Assembly: GCA_035294905.1 (NCBI GenBank)
Contig: DATGJX010000159.1
Coordinates: 1 to 63,371 of the forward strand
Source of the DNA: Vulcanimicrobiaceae bacterium
GTDB taxonomy: Bacteria; Vulcanimicrobiota; Vulcanimicrobiia; Vulcanimicrobiales; Vulcanimicrobiaceae
DNA length: 63,371 nt
Direction of reading: 5' to 3'
The notes under the pieces were generated by a model. The model worked only from the letters and a program-made list of their open reading frames with translations, had not been told where the DNA came from and made no database searches. The translations under genes were made by a program, and so were the position numbers. How positions within the stretch are numbered: position 1 is the first letter of the stretch; every line of letters starts with the position of its first letter. Positions 47,116 through 57,471 of the stretch are shown piece after piece.

Positions 47116-47603
47116 TTCATTCCGATCAGCATCAAGTTGCCGTAGTCGCCGTACTGCACAGAAATCGTGTGCCCTTGCGTCTTCACGTCGGCGTATACCG
47201 GCAGATGCTGCTCGTTCACCCAAACCGACTCACTGTAGGAGCCGTCGGCGCTCGTGACGCTGTAACCGCTCACTTTCACGCCGTCCAACGTTTTGACGCC
47301 GATTGCTTTCGTTGTGTACGTCGAACCCGCGGCGTTGAGGTTCGGTACCGGGTGCGTTGCAATTTGAACGACGAGTGCCGGGTCTAGGTTCCGGTTACCG
47401 GCGACGCGCACTTGCCCCGACGGCATCACGTCGACCGTTGCGGCGGTGCCGTCTTCGAATCGCTCGACAACGCGCACGACGCGAACTTGCTGATACGAGC
47501 TGACCATTTGGTTGAGATCGGCTGAAGGGTCGGTTTGCGCAGCACGTGCCGCCAATGGGGCGCACAGGGCTAGCGCGATGGTCACTGCGAGGACCGTTCG
47601 CAT
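47112..47603 (-). CDS. secreted hypothetical protein (163 aa)
   Basis: Signal peptide [31 protein letters not shown] Shine-Dalgarno before the ATG at 47603. The ORF extension to 47858 is translated repeat sequence. Confidence 0.65.
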   Translation of the reverse strand: MRTVLAVTIALALCAPLAARAAQTDPSADLNQMVSSYQQVRVVRVVERFEDGTAATVDVMPSGQVRVAGNRNLDPALVVQIATHPVPNLNAAGSTYTTKAIGVKTLDGVKVSGYSVTSADGSYSESVWVNEQHLPVYADVKTQGHTISVQYGDYGNLMLIGMN

Positions 47604-47676
47604 GGTTGCTCCTCCCGAATTTTCCTGCGATGCGAATATACCCCATGCTGGCGGCCGCCTCTCAGGGCTAATCAAA

Positions 47677-47765
47677 TTGTCATCCAAGCCCTGTGCTTTT
47701 GTCATCCTGAGCCCATGCTTTGTCATCCTGAGGTATCGAAGGACCCCGAGCTCGGTCGAGGGGGG
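47677..47765 (+). repeat. three head-to-tail ~22-nt TTGTCATCC(T/A)(G/A)AGCCC..GCTT units, the last extending into the full repeat box
   Basis: Units start at 47677, 47699 and 47720. 47722-47751 is identical to 15638-15667. Confidence 0.8.
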
Positions 47766-48187
47766 CAAGCCATGCAACCAAGCCTTGCGCCTATGTGTTA
47801 TTATTAGCGACGTCAATCGCGGGGCTGAAATAGGTTCGACGGGAAGGTCCGCGGTCAACGTAAGCAGGCGGAGTTGCGAGCACTCCTAAAACGATCGCAA
47901 GCGTTATACACGCGAACACTGAATACGCACTGGCTGCTTAATCTAAGCTAGCCACCGGCGGTGAAGAGTCGGCCCGAACCACTTCGCCTTCCGGTCATGA
48001 ACTCGGGCTGGCACGCGCGGCCGACGTGACGCGCGTGCAAGATCAAGCGTCTGCTGCGAACGATAAGCCCGGCTTCGGGGCGTGCGTTCGAGTAAGTCAA
48101 ATTCGAAGCTGAGCCTGGAGAAAGCGTTGGTCCGCCTTTTCGGACTCGGGGGGCAGTACCCCGACAGCTCCACCAATTTCGTGCTGC

Positions 48188-48876
48188 ATCACAAGAATTC
48201 GATTTTTTTAGGGAGTTCTTGTGTTAAGTGCGCTTCGAGGCGATCGCCCGGGAGTAGATCAGGTTGCGAGCGCATCGACGGCGCGCGATCACGCCAGGCG
48301 TAATAGCCGCTCGTGGAAACACCGAGCAGGCTGCAAAGCGTGGAAACCCGATATTTGGCGTGATACGACTTCACGAATTCGAACGCTTGTCGGGGATCGA
48401 ATTGGTCTCCCGAGCGAACCACGCCGCGGCTCTTGACAGAATTGCGTTTTCAATCGTGAGCCGCTTACACGCACGACGCAAGCGCGACGATTCTGCGCGC
48501 GCTTCGGTCGTCAGACCATCGCTGCGAGTGCCGGCATCCAGATCGGTTTGCTTAACCCCAGTTGCGCACCGTTTGGCGCGCGAGGTCGAATTCGTGAGCC
48601 AGCTCGTCAAGGTTGCTGCCCCGTTCGAGCCAGGTCGACAACCTTCTGCCGGAAATCCGGCGGGTAGGACCGGGGGTGTTTTCGCATTGGACGGACCCTT
48701 CTCGGCTAGCCGAAAGCGTCCACCAAACCGGATCAGCTTCACGAACCCCATTATCGCCATTCTCGCAGAAGATATGGAGCGCGCGGCCGTTCCTTGAGCC
48801 TGTTCCGCCTCATTCTTGATTTAGTCCGAGCGCCTGACGCAACGAGAATTCTTCGTTTAAGCCTAATTCTTGTGAT
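48188..48876 (-). mobile_element. decayed, internally deleted IS3-family element (orfA with two frameshifts, only the first ~70 codons of orfB, no DDE domain)
   Basis: MRKHPRSYPPDFRQKVVDLARTG / SNLDELAHEFDLARQTVRNW / KQTDLDAG..SSRLRRACKRLTIENAILSRAAAWFARE in three frames from the ATG at 48687. orfB start ..YRVSTLCSLLGVSTSGYYAWRDR. 12-bp inverted repeats atcacaagaatt (48188-48199) and aattcttgtgat (48865-48876). Confidence 0.7.
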
Positions 48877-49150
48877 CCCGCCCCAATTCGCCAATTTGCT
48901 GCTGGGTTTGCCCTAAGGAATTCGATATTCCAAGCCGGCGATGAGCGCTGAACGCTCCGGACCATTCCCCTTGATTTTCCCCTCACGGCCGTCGGGCTTC
49001 GATCCGGCGTGCCGAGGCCCCGAAATCTCGGTACCGGACTCGCCGATAATTCCGTAGATCTACCGATACCACCGATTCGGCCGTCACCTATGCTGATTAC
49101 GTTGCAGATCCGCAAGGGCGGATGCGACAGTCAGAATCGGAGAAATCGCC

Positions 49151-49312
49151 ATGAATAAGCACTGCGGCTGCCCTACGTGTAGACGCGCTCGCATCCTTGC
49201 CGAACATCTCACGTTCCTCTCCATCATGGAGCGCTCGTTCCAGCCGGCGTCCACCTCGCAGGGGTTCGTGAGGAATGTCCCCGCTGCGCAGCGGCCGGGG
49301 GAGCAATCGTGA
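49151..49312 (+). CDS. 53-aa Cys-containing small protein
   Basis: MNKHCGCPTCRRARILAEHLTFLSIMERSFQPASTSQGFVRNVPAAQRPGEQS. GGAG 9 nt upstream. High GC3. Its stop overlaps the next start (GTGA). Below the ORF-track cut-off. Confidence 0.45.
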   Translation: MNKHCGCPTCRRARILAEHLTFLSIMERSFQPASTSQGFVRNVPAAQRPGEQS

Positions 49313-49452
49313 AGCAACTCAAACCCGAAAATCCGAGCGATCTCGAGTGCGCAATCGAGCTTGCGCAAGCGATTGACGACATTTCAAAGCGGCTCGACGA
49401 ATTTCGTTCGGCCGCGCTCTTTGCGCGCCCTAAAAAAGGCGGTGAATCATGA
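49309..49452 (+). CDS. 47-aa helical small protein
   Basis: VKQLKPENPSDLECAIELAQAIDDISKRLDEFRSAALFARPKKGGES. GGGGGAG Shine-Dalgarno 5 nt upstream. Its stop overlaps the next ATG (ATGA). Confidence 0.4.
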   Translation: MKQLKPENPSDLECAIELAQAIDDISKRLDEFRSAALFARPKKGGES

Positions 49453-50243
49453 ACTCGCGGCTCTACACTATCCAAAGCAACGCGTACCTCGGCCTCATTT
49501 TTGGCCTACCGGCAATAGCGGCGTTCGCGCTGTTCAAAGTCGCGGTCTCGATCCCGCTGGAGCTCCTGTTCGGAGCCTTGGCGCCTTTTGCATACGCCGT
49601 CGTCTTTGTCGCCGTCGCCGGTCTGCTGAGTATACCGCATCAGCGCGGCATTGTTCCAGGTAAGTTCCCGCGAACGCTTACGAATCCGGTCTATCGCGAC
49701 CGGCGCTTGTACGGTCTATGCTGGACGTCCGTCTACTATTTCAAGCCGGTCTATTACCTCTGCGTCACGGTGCCGGCGCTGAAGGCGTTTACGTTCCGGC
49801 TCTTCGGGTATCGCGGAAACCTGGACTTTACGATTTACGCTGATACGTGGGTACGCGACCTTCCGCTGCTCGACTTCGGACGGGGCGCATATTTGGGAAA
49901 TCGCGCGACAATCGGTTCGAACCAGTGTTTCGGAGATCGCATTCTGGTCGATCGGATAACGTTTGAAGAAGGTTCCGAACTTGGGCATCTCGCGATGGTT
50001 TCGCCCGGCGTGTACGTCGGGAAGGGCGCTGAGATCGGCGCCGGCGCGGGTGTTGGGCTGCGTGCAAAGATCGGAGCGTACAGCAACATAGGACCCTGCA
50101 GCGGCATCGGCCACGGCGTCAGGTTAGGCGATCGTGTTGAGATCGGTGCCATGTGTTACGTCGGAAACAAGTCGCTGCTTGCGGATTCAACGGTGGTTCC
50201 GGCCGGCACCATTCTAACAAAGTGTGCGCGAGATGCAGCATGA
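49449..50243 (+). CDS. membrane-anchored left-handed beta-helix (hexapeptide-repeat) acyltransferase-like protein
   Basis: About 3 N-terminal TM helices, then imperfect hexapeptide repeats (IGSNQCFGDRILV, VGKGAEIGAGAGVGLRAKIGAYSNIGPCSGIGHGVRLGDRVEIG). Confidence 0.7.
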   Translation: MNSRLYTIQSNAYLGLIFGLPAIAAFALFKVAVSIPLELLFGALAPFAYAVVFVAVAGLLSIPHQRGIVPGKFPRTLTNPVYRDRRLYGLCWTSVYYFKPVYYLCVTVPALKAFTFRLFGYRGNLDFTIYADTWVRDLPLLDFGRGAYLGNRATIGSNQCFGDRILVDRITFEEGSELGHLAMVSPGVYVGKGAEIGAGAGVGLRAKIGAYSNIGPCSGIGHGVRLGDRVEIGAMCYVGNKSLLADSTVVPAGTILTKCARDAA

Positions 50244-50252
50244 TCCGCACAT

Positions 50253-53069
50253 TCAAGCCTTAGTATTCCCGCGAGCCACGAAGGCAGCAATCTCGGCGCG
50301 GCTTGCCGCGCCGATTTTGCTCAGAATAGATGCGACGTGCGTTTCGACGGTGCGCTCGCCAACAATCAGCGTATCCGCGATAACCCGATTCGTCTTGCCC
50401 TGCGCTACCAAAGCGGCGACTTCAAGCTCACGACGCGTCAACGCGGTTTTCGGGCGGCCGCGCCGGTTGACCGGCGTGAGTACGCTCTCCACGCGGCGAG
50501 CATCGTACACATCGCCAACGGATGCGTAGATATCCAGCGCTTCCCGCCGCTTTCCAGCGAGTTCGAGTGCCTGGGCTTGCCGATAGGGACGGTGCGCAAT
50601 GCGAAATACATCCGCAGCGTCTTGCGCGAGCGCAACCGCCTCGTCCGGACGCGAATCACGTTTCGCTATCCAGGCATCGACCAGCCGAACGTGTGCCGGC
50701 ATGTCCCTGCGCGGTGAGATCGTCGACATGCGTTGCAGCGTCTCGCGCGCCCGAATGGCAGCCGCAGCATCCCCGAGCGCTGCAGCCTGCACGAAGATCC
50801 AAGGATCTGCGAGCGGAACCGGTTCCGAAGCTGCCGGTGCTTCGAGCAGTCGCGTCAGCAGCCGGCAAGAGGAGTTATGGTCGTTGCGGCTCTCGAACAG
50901 CTGGATCAGTGCGGCGCAGAAGCGTGTCAATCCCATATCTGCGTATGAATCGGCGTGCTCGAGCAAGTCCGCATCAGCAAAGCGTTCGATAATCTCTGGC
51001 TCTTGTAATGCGATTCCGACAGGAATTGCGACCGCTGCGAGTTCGGCGCGCAGCTTACGCTGAACCGGCATTGCGAGAGCGTCTCCCACCGCCCGCCGCG
51101 CTTTGCTTAGATCGCTCAGATCGTAATGTACGTTCGCGTATTGGATGAGAAACGTCGCATAAACGGTTCCGCGAATGTCGTGCGAACGAAATCCGTGCAG
51201 TGCCTTCTCAAGCGACTCGAGCGCGAGATCGCGTTCGCTCAGGTCTCCCATCATTTCGCCGAAGTTGCCCAACACGCGATTGACGGTCAACACGTCACCC
51301 AGCTCGCGCGCAACAGCCACCGCCGTCGCGCAATCTTGGGCACTTGCCTGTACCTCGCCGCGCATAGCGGTCGCAACACAGCGGTATTCGTAGTAGAACT
51401 GCTCGTCGACGCGATTGCGCTTCACCGGCAATTTGTCCGCTATGCGCAGCTGTTCCAACGCTTCGTCGTATTTTCCGAGCATCGCATGCAGACCGGCAAG
51501 GTTCGTATGGGCGGCAAAGCGTAAGGGGTTCTGAGGATAGGCTTCGACAAACGCCAGCGCCCGGTTCACCAATTCGTACGCGGTTGCCGAATCGCCGAGG
51601 TTGAAGCACAGGCGCGAGTATTCCAGGCAGGCTTGAGTCGCCGCAGCAGCCTCGCCCGTTCGCTCGTGAATCCCGATTGCGTCTTCATAAGCCCGGCGCG
51701 CGCGTTCGCCCAGGCCGCGATAGTAAAGCATTTTTGCCAGAGACTCGTACAAGCGGCCGCGTTGCGCGGCATCCGGCGTACCCTCGAGTGCCCGCTCATA
51801 GCAGCGCGAAGCGTCTTCGTAGGCGCCTAACGCCGCGGCTGCGTTCGCGGCGAGCAAGTTGTATTGCGCTGCCTTCGCAAAGTTGTGCGCCTCGTAGTAA
51901 TGATGAGCGAGATCGGCGACATGGTCGTGTGCGGTCGGGAGCGCCTCGACGATTGTTGCAATTCGCGCGTGAAGCGCTCTTTGTTCGGTGACCAGCAGTT
52001 CGTCGCGAAAAATCTCTCTGGTCAGCGCGTGGCGAAAGCCATACCGCACGTCGGCGCCGACGTCTTCGGTCAAAAGCTGCAATCCAACCGCCCTCTTAAT
52101 CACCTCCACGATCTCGTTTTCACCGCGGCCGGTAATGCGCGCGAGCAGCTCCGGAGTGCAACTGCGATCCAGAAGCGCCGCGCAGTTGAGTACGTAGCGA
52201 TCCTCCTCACCCAGTGCCGATGCGCGTTCCAGAACCGCCTGCGCGAGCGAAAGCGGCAGCTGAGTCCCTCTTGCGCCGTCGCTCGCGTCAAGCGCGCTCT
52301 TTAACAACTCTTCGGCGAAGAACGGATTGCCTTCGGCCAGGCGGCAAACCGCTTCCGATATTTCCGGCTGCAAGGCGCCCGGATCTTCCAGCGAGTACGC
52401 GATCAGCGCGAATACGTCTGCGTCATCGAGCGGCTCCAGCTCGATGCGCCAAAGATTGGCATTGCGCTCGAGCTTCGCAAGCGCCGAGCGTAGCGGATGC
52501 CGGCGGTGCAATTCGTCCGAACGATAGGTGCCGACAAGGACGATTCGCGTTGGTGCGAGCAATGGCGCGAGGTGCAGCAGCACCTCGAGGGTTCCCGGAT
52601 CCGCCCAGTGCAGATCTTCGATCGCGACCAGCACCGGAGAGCGTGCCGCAAACAATCGCAACCCATCCACGACGCCGTCGAAGAGCGTTCGCTTCCCGTC
52701 ATCGCGCGCGACTGCCGGTGCGCTGCCGTCTTCGTTCTCACGAAGAAGCGGCGCGAGCGCGCGACTCACGGCGTGCGCGGATTGCAAGACCTCGGGCGCG
52801 TTGCGGTCCAACTCGCGCAGCGCATCGGCAAACGGCGCAAAAGGCGAAGGAACATACTGATAGCACTGGCCCGTAGCGGCGCGTCCCCCGTCCCTCTCGA
52901 ACGCGATGCGTGCCTCGGCGAGGAGCCTGGTCTTGCCGATGCCGGCTTCTCCGGCAATCAGGACGGCGGAACCATGCCCGCTGCGAGCCTCGAGCGATCG
53001 CTCCAGCAGCACTTCGAGGTGCGTTCGCCTCCCAATAAAACGGCGGCAGTAGACCGGTCTTGAAATCAT
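50253..53069 (-). CDS. LAL-type (large ATP-binding LuxR family) transcriptional regulator
   Basis: Walker A GEAGIGKTRLL, long TPR-like middle region, C-terminal LuxR HTH (LTRRELEVAALVAQGKTNRVIADTLIVGERTVETHV). The ATG at 53069 is preferred over the ORF start at 53393. Confidence 0.85.
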   Translation of the reverse strand: MISRPVYCRRFIGRRTHLEVLLERSLEARSGHGSAVLIAGEAGIGKTRLLAEARIAFERDGGRAATGQCYQYVPSPFAPFADALRELDRNAPEVLQSAHAVSRALAPLLRENEDGSAPAVARDDGKRTLFDGVVDGLRLFAARSPVLVAIEDLHWADPGTLEVLLHLAPLLAPTRIVLVGTYRSDELHRRHPLRSALAKLERNANLWRIELEPLDDADVFALIAYSLEDPGALQPEISEAVCRLAEGNPFFAEELLKSALDASDGARGTQLPLSLAQAVLERASALGEEDRYVLNCAALLDRSCTPELLARITGRGENEIVEVIKRAVGLQLLTEDVGADVRYGFRHALTREIFRDELLVTEQRALHARIATIVEALPTAHDHVADLAHHYYEAHNFAKAAQYNLLAANAAAALGAYEDASRCYERALEGTPDAAQRGRLYESLAKMLYYRGLGERARRAYEDAIGIHERTGEAAAATQACLEYSRLCFNLGDSATAYELVNRALAFVEAYPQNPLRFAAHTNLAGLHAMLGKYDEALEQLRIADKLPVKRNRVDEQFYYEYRCVATAMRGEVQASAQDCATAVAVARELGDVLTVNRVLGNFGEMMGDLSERDLALESLEKALHGFRSHDIRGTVYATFLIQYANVHYDLSDLSKARRAVGDALAMPVQRKLRAELAAVAIPVGIALQEPEIIERFADADLLEHADSYADMGLTRFCAALIQLFESRNDHNSSCRLLTRLLEAPAASEPVPLADPWIFVQAAALGDAAAAIRARETLQRMSTISPRRDMPAHVRLVDAWIAKRDSRPDEAVALAQDAADVFRIAHRPYRQAQALELAGKRREALDIYASVGDVYDARRVESVLTPVNRRGRPKTALTRRELEVAALVAQGKTNRVIADTLIVGERTVETHVASILSKIGAASRAEIAAFVARGNTKA

Positions 53070-53186
53070 GGCCTGCGAAGGAGCCTTCTTCGTTCCGGCG
53101 CTCCGTACTGCCCCGGGCCAAGACTCCGTGGGGGCACGGATGTGCGGCGCCATCGGCTGCGTTAGGATCGATTCGAGGTTACCGCC

Positions 53187-54674
53187 ATGTTGCACTACGC
53201 ACGCTCTATCGCAACCCGAGTCGCCGCCGCTGCCCTTGCGGTTTGCCTGGTCGCGCGCCCCTCGTCCGGCGCTCTTGCGCACATGACCTACAATGTCCCG
53301 AAGGGCTGGCAGATGACCCGACAGGGAAGCGACACTATCTTCCGCGCGCCCGGGCGAGAGGAGGGTGTCTGGATTAGCCCGGTACCGGCCCAAGCCGTTT
53401 CGGGCGCGTCCGCTCCCGCCTTACTCGATCGCATGCTCGCACAATATCGCCGGCAATACTCGGATTTGCGGATACTCAGCCGCGAGGGCACAGCGCAACT
53501 TGCCCAGGCCGTCATACAGCACTCGGGCCCCAAGGGCGTGCTGCGCGAACGCCTTTCGATAAAGAAGGAACGTCAGGGAGGGGCAGTTATCGCCCTATTC
53601 TGGGCTCGCCCGGAGATCTTCGATCGCGAAGATCGCCTGCTGCATTCCTCGGCCGCCATCACGGCTTCGCGGGACCAGGTGCCGGCGCGCGCGGTGCGCT
53701 CGGTCCTCGTACTCCATCGTATCGGATCGCCGGACGGTACGTTTAGCATCGCTGTCCCCGCCGGCTGGCAGATGCGGGTGCAATCGACGACGCTCGGGCC
53801 GGTGATCCATATCGGACCGTCCGGCGAAGATGTCCTCGCGGTTTGGCCGCTGCTTCCAATGGATTTCCTGAATCGCCAATATCTGGCCGCGCACGCGCGC
53901 CTGGTTCAATGCAGTACGCATCCGCCGCTGTTCGGCACCGTGTTCTCGCAGTGCGTAGAGCCGTTTGTTGAAGAGCAGCTCGCGTATGGATCGCAGCGAC
54001 ACACCGCGGCTGAAGCATCGCAAGATCTGCTTTCCGTCCTTGGGCTCCAGAACGCGAATGTCGCCGAAATCTCCCCGGCCGAGGCAATCACGTCGTTTGA
54101 ATTGGTGCAAAAAGGGCGTGCACGATCAGTGTACGGCGATCTCCGCATGATCGACTTCCCGAATCCGATGCTTGGCGAAGGCGATGTGTCAAGCTTCGCG
54201 TTTCTCACCGGTTGCCAAGCGGATTCGAATCGTCTGTCCGCAGTGCGACCTACGTGCGCCGCAGTCATGGCCTCGTTCGTGCCGACGTCGCGCTGGATGC
54301 AGCCGGCTGTCGAATTCGCGCTGCAGCGCTATGCGCAAGAAAAGCAGCAGCTGCTCGGGATTGGTGGCACGATGGCTAACGGTTACTCGCGCGATTCTTC
54401 AATTATTTCACATTGGGGATCGACGATGCAGCAGATGCAGTACGAGCAGTTTGCTCGCTCGCAGGCATCCAACTTCAGCAGCCAGCAGGGCTGGATAAAC
54501 GCGCTGGGCGGCAAAGTTGACGTTTGGAATCCGAACGACCCCAGTTCCGTCTTCAATGTCGAGGATACGTCTGCGCATTACTGTCAAGACGGAGCCGGTG
54601 AAATTCACGGCTACGAGTCCACGCCGCCGGACGGCTGTACACCGATGGCGATTAGCCTGCAGCCACCACACTAA
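53187..54674 (+). CDS. secreted hypothetical protein with two VP.GWQM-type domains
   Basis: Signal peptide. YNVPKGWQMTRQG and FSIAVPAGWQMRVQS about 150 aa apart. Gln/Ser-rich C-terminus. Confidence 0.6.
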   Translation: MLHYARSIATRVAAAALAVCLVARPSSGALAHMTYNVPKGWQMTRQGSDTIFRAPGREEGVWISPVPAQAVSGASAPALLDRMLAQYRRQYSDLRILSREGTAQLAQAVIQHSGPKGVLRERLSIKKERQGGAVIALFWARPEIFDREDRLLHSSAAITASRDQVPARAVRSVLVLHRIGSPDGTFSIAVPAGWQMRVQSTTLGPVIHIGPSGEDVLAVWPLLPMDFLNRQYLAAHARLVQCSTHPPLFGTVFSQCVEPFVEEQLAYGSQRHTAAEASQDLLSVLGLQNANVAEISPAEAITSFELVQKGRARSVYGDLRMIDFPNPMLGEGDVSSFAFLTGCQADSNRLSAVRPTCAAVMASFVPTSRWMQPAVEFALQRYAQEKQQLLGIGGTMANGYSRDSSIISHWGSTMQQMQYEQFARSQASNFSSQQGWINALGGKVDVWNPNDPSSVFNVEDTSAHYCQDGAGEIHGYESTPPDGCTPMAISLQPPH

Positions 54675-54852
54675 TGTAGTGCCGACGTGCCGGGTGCGGC
54701 CCATCTCAGCGGGCATCCGGTTCAGATCTGCACCGCGCGCGGAAGCAGGCCGCCGCAGGACGGCCCCGGTCACTACCTGATTACGCCTGGTGCAACGCCT
54801 CCGGGTTAGTTGTGATCGCGCTTAGCCACCTACGTGCGCATCGCGTGCTCTT

Positions 54853-56700
54853 TTATAGGGTCAGCTCTCGCATCCGCTCGGCAATAGCGTCGGGAAGCGC
54901 GCGCAGTGCATCGGTTACGGCGAGATTCGATGCCTCGAGCGAGCGAATCGCGCCGACGATCTCCGCATTCGCGCTTTGGGTTTTTATGGTGAGGAGATCG
55001 AGCGTAACGCCGACTCCGTGTGCGAGCTGCGCAATGGCAAGCGACTCGTCCGGTGCATACGATTCGCCGCTGCGCTTGGGCCCTAGCGCCAGCGCTCCGA
55101 TCAGGTGTCCGCGAGCGACCATCGGATAGGCGAACTCCCCTCGAAGTTCCGTGTCCATAAGATGGAGATCGAAAACGTCGTGTGACGCTCGTAACGCCAC
55201 AAAGGCAGCGTCGTTTTCGCCAATACTTCCGTAGTGCCCGCGGCCGTCATACATCGCAAATTCCACTGTCGACGCGTCGGCGTGCTGCTCCAGCGTTTGT
55301 TTTGCGCGCAGCAAGACAACGTCGGGGTTCGTGATGAAAGCAACCTCTCGGGCAAATCGCTTGAGCGCCAGTTCGTCTTCGTGGCGCCTGCGAAAAAACA
55401 CATTATCGATGAGGCGATCGACACGAGTGTGTATCTGATGCAGCGACATTCCCAGTGCGAGCGCGATTGCCGCACTCACCGATACGTTGGCAATGCGCCC
55501 TGCGTCATGGAGCCAGCCGCCGAGCGCCCATTCCACGAGCGTAAACAGTCCAACCACGACAAGCGACACCGTCGTGAATACTGCTGCGCGGTTGAGGACG
55601 AATCCAACATCGAGCAGGCGGCGGCTGAGCAGTGCGTACATCAATCCGAGCGGCGCAATGAACCAGCTCGTATTGAGAATCCAGTAATATGCGAGCGGAT
55701 TCGTCGTGAAATACGACTGCACGGTGGCAATGCCGAAGAGGTAGAGAATCGCCAGCGACCCCGTTGCCCATGCGACGCGCGGGCGCTCCGCACCGCTCGA
55801 GGCGCGCACGGCGAGTAACGCGCAGAGCAACGCCATTGCCGATGGTCCGACGACGGCCGCAAAAAGCAGCAGCGGGCGCGAGATAAACCACGCGTGCAAA
55901 TCCAAGATACCGAACCATAATCCCGCGATGCCGAGCACGCCGCCCGGGCCGGGGCCACCTTGACCCGCACCGGTCCAAATCAGCGCCGATAGACTCGCTA
56001 CGGCAATGGTCAACGCCGTAAACACGCGTCGAGTGGTGGACACGGGATGCCCGAACAGCAGTGCGTAGACGGCGAAGAGTGCGACACCGGCACTGAAAAG
56101 GAATTGCGCGCAGACGTTCAGGGCGGCGTCGAAGGCGGGCCAGGGTGTGAGCCAGCCGTTAATCGGAAAAAGGTTCTCGCCGAGAACGATGAGCGCGAGC
56201 GTGAGCGAGAGCATACGCACTTCGGCGTTTGCGGGACGACGCAAGATGAGCAGCGCGGCGACGCCGAGACTGAGCGCCGAGCCCAGCCAGAATGCCCAAT
56301 CGAACAGCACCTGCGAGGAAGCGAAGAATGGGATTCCGGTGTAGACCTCCGGCGTAATCGCCAACATCCGCGTTTTACCGCTGCGCGTGAGTGCAAGATG
56401 CATCGGCTTTCCGGTGAGCAATTCATTGCGCAGGCCGTACCGTTCTGCGGGCATCATTCGCCGTAGATCGATTGCGTCACCGGCGCGAATCCCGCTGCGA
56501 GCCGCAACGGAACCGGGCACGATCGTCCGAAACGTATCTACGAACTGCGCGGAGGTCACCGGACCAAACGGCTCACCGCCGAATGCGTCACCCTCAAGGT
56601 AATAGGTTGCCCACGCGCTTTCTGCCGCCGCCAGAAGCCCGATAAGGCAAAGCATCAGCACGATTCGCTGCCAAACGCGCGTTCCGGCAGGCATACTCAA
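54853..56700 (-). CDS. membrane sensor-like protein: periplasmic PDZ, ~8 TM helices, cytoplasmic GAF, no output domain
   Basis: IVPGSVAARSGIRAGDAIDL PDZ motif, long hydrophobic core, C-terminal GAF-like region (..YPMVARGHLIGALALGPK..). Confidence 0.7.
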   Translation of the reverse strand: MSMPAGTRVWQRIVLMLCLIGLLAAAESAWATYYLEGDAFGGEPFGPVTSAQFVDTFRTIVPGSVAARSGIRAGDAIDLRRMMPAERYGLRNELLTGKPMHLALTRSGKTRMLAITPEVYTGIPFFASSQVLFDWAFWLGSALSLGVAALLILRRPANAEVRMLSLTLALIVLGENLFPINGWLTPWPAFDAALNVCAQFLFSAGVALFAVYALLFGHPVSTTRRVFTALTIAVASLSALIWTGAGQGGPGPGGVLGIAGLWFGILDLHAWFISRPLLLFAAVVGPSAMALLCALLAVRASSGAERPRVAWATGSLAILYLFGIATVQSYFTTNPLAYYWILNTSWFIAPLGLMYALLSRRLLDVGFVLNRAAVFTTVSLVVVGLFTLVEWALGGWLHDAGRIANVSVSAAIALALGMSLHQIHTRVDRLIDNVFFRRRHEDELALKRFAREVAFITNPDVVLLRAKQTLEQHADASTVEFAMYDGRGHYGSIGENDAAFVALRASHDVFDLHLMDTELRGEFAYPMVARGHLIGALALGPKRSGESYAPDESLAIAQLAHGVGVTLDLLTIKTQSANAEIVGAIRSLEASNLAVTDALRALPDAIAERMRELTL

Positions 56701-57374
56701 GAACCAGCTGCAAGCGGCGGTGACGCCGTGCTAAGCAATTGCTGCCGGAGCGCTTTTGCCTCGAGCCGGTCGTATGCCGCACCTGCAGCGTCGGCCATTC
56801 GTTCGATGAGCGAGATCTCGTCACCGTCGAAGTCGGTCCCGTTGCGGTGCGCGGCATAGAACGCGATCGCCGTCAAATCTTCATGCGAGAAGATCGGTAC
56901 GGCCATCGACGGCTCGACGCCGTGGTCGCAAAGAACTTCTGAATGCCAATAATGCGGACGAAGCGTAAGCGCCTGGCGACGCGTCGCAACGTAGGATGCG
57001 AGGCGGTCGGCGTTTTCAATCGCCGTTCCGCGTGCTATAGCTGCGCCGGCCGAACGAACGACTTCCAAGCGATCTCCGTCGAAGCGCGCCAGCACGCCGA
57101 AGGCGAGATCGAAGGCTCGCACCGGCTCCTCGATCAGCATGCGATCGACGGCGTCACGGCTCTTCAGTTGGCGAAGCGCGTCGGCGGCGAGCGCAACGTC
57201 GACGAAGCGGTCGACGCGGCCGTGCATCGAGTTCATGAAAAAGACGAGTATGAGTGCGAGCCCCACGTCAGGGTGCCCGAACGCGCGCCTGACGTCGGGA
57301 CCCCATAGCGCAATGCTGAGCAGGGAAAGCAGCGCCACGATAATTGCACGTCGATTCACGCGACTACGCTCCAA
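56697..57374 (-). CDS. TM-anchored GAF-like protein, mini-paralog of the C-terminal module of the downstream gene
   Basis: Shares the MNSMHGRVDRFVD / MSLHQIHTRVDRLID junction motif and the GAF-like body. Its stop overlaps the next start (TTGA). Confidence 0.6.
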   Translation of the reverse strand: MERSRVNRRAIIVALLSLLSIALWGPDVRRAFGHPDVGLALILVFFMNSMHGRVDRFVDVALAADALRQLKSRDAVDRMLIEEPVRAFDLAFGVLARFDGDRLEVVRSAGAAIARGTAIENADRLASYVATRRQALTLRPHYWHSEVLCDHGVEPSMAVPIFSHEDLTAIAFYAAHRNGTDFDGDEISLIERMADAAGAAYDRLEAKALRQQLLSTASPPLAAGS

Positions 57375-57471
57375 GGTGCCCCGGATTTCGGTATAGCCGT
57401 CGCCGCTACCCTGAACTTAGAGTCCCATCAGCGCGTTCGCCCTCAAAAGCGAGCGCTTGCCTGTCATCCGT

